Source: an uncultured Phycisphaerales bacterium
Lineage (GTDB): Bacteria > Planctomycetota > Phycisphaerae > Tepidisphaerales > Tepidisphaeraceae
NCBI GenBank assembly: GCA_963758525.1
Contig: CAVWVQ010000002.1
Coordinates: 64,001-128,000 of the forward strand
Reading direction: 5' to 3'
Length of the DNA stretch: 64,000 nucleotides
Part shown: in pieces, positions 63,390-64,000 of the stretch
Layout of the letters: each line of letters opens with the position of its first letter
Numbering within the stretch: position 1 is the first letter of the stretch
Position numbers and translations under genes: made by a program
The notes under the pieces: model-generated
The model's input: the letters and a program-made list of their open reading frames with translations, nothing else
What the model was told of the DNA's origin: nothing
Databases searched by the model: none

Positions 63390-64000
63390 TCAGCGATTTT
63401 TTTGCGGGGTGGGCTCCACGAGAATCTTCGCGGCGGCGGCCATTCCCAAGGAAACTTCCTCGCGGCGCGGGACGCGTATTTTGACCGCTTCGGCAGCACG
63501 TTCACGTTTGCCGACGGTGACGGTCGCGCCGGGCTTGAGCCCGTTGCGATCGATGAACTGGAGAAAGCCCGGCTCCTGGTCCAAAACGCGGGCGATCACC
63601 TGCGGCACATCCACGGGACAATCGGCAAGGCTCATGCGCCGCGGCTCGTGCAGATGACCCTTGGACGTTGGAATCGGATCGCCGTGCGGGTCTTCGGTCG
63701 GATGATCGAGCAGCGCGTCCATCCGTTCGAGCACGAGATCTGAAATGGCGTGTTCGAGCGCATCGGCCTCGTCGTGAACGACAGACCAGTCGAGTCCCAG
63801 AACCTTGACGAGGAACAATTCGACCAGCCGGTGGCGGCGCAGGACGTGCAGGGCCAATTGCTCGCCGCTGCGCGTCAACCGCGCGCCGCCGCGCGGCTCA
63901 TATTCGACCAGGCCGGAGTCGGAAAGCGCTTTGACCATCGAAGTTGCGGTGCCGGGAACGACCCGCATCGCCGACGCCAGGCGGCCCATCGAGACCATCG
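63390..64000 (-). CDS. DtxR/MntR family metal-dependent regulator with FeoA-like C-terminus (5' end outside window)
   Basis: VVPGTATSMVKAL HTH, RRHRLVELFL, HDEADALEH, DPHGDPIP. Confidence 0.92.
   Translation of the reverse strand, partial: MVSMGRLASAMRVVPGTATSMVKALSDSGLVEYEPRGGARLTRSGEQLALHVLRRHRLVELFLVKVLGLDWSVVHDEADALEHAISDLVLERMDALLDHPTEDPHGDPIPTSKGHLHEPRRMSLADCPVDVPQVIARVLDQEPGFLQFIDRNGLKPGATVTVGKRERAAEAVKIRVPRREEVSLGMAAAAKILVEPTPQKNR

Overview
GC-rich chromosomal window, mostly core and metabolic genes. It is probably from a planctomycete (Phycisphaerae/Tepidisphaerales-like). That assignment is inferred from a DUF1559-type prepilin domain, LE(P/x)R-leader extracellular proteins, a CxxCGYDLRA zinc-ribbon membrane protein and a DUF1080 protein. 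Contents: nnrD, cell-surface glycan genes, an NAD-type isocitrate/isopropylmalate dehydrogenase, hisD-hisC-hisB, a Na/Pi cotransporter, a YhaM-like nuclease, superoxide dismutase, a BtuFCD-type ABC importer, sucC, a TPR-metallopeptidase, an ABC exporter module, glutamate dehydrogenase, sthA, DAHP synthase, cydAB, two tandem paralogous extracellular proteins, a DtxR/MntR regulator and two tRNAs. More than 15 genes are split by single-base frameshifts, most likely long-read indel errors. No CRISPR array, prophage or transposase was seen. Best non-annotated signals: (1) a complete ribosome-dependent attenuator with an F/W/Y-rich leader peptide upstream of DAHP synthase; (2) a 143-bp non-coding element in two identical copies, each with its own 8-bp target-site duplication and an internal REP doublet; (3) a prepilin cleavage site ~410 residues inside a membrane protein, a possible polyprotein; (4) a ~300-nt multi-stem leader before the Na/Pi transporter; (5) a hairpin covering the sod ribosome-binding site. 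All family assignments are by motif recognition; no database search was run.
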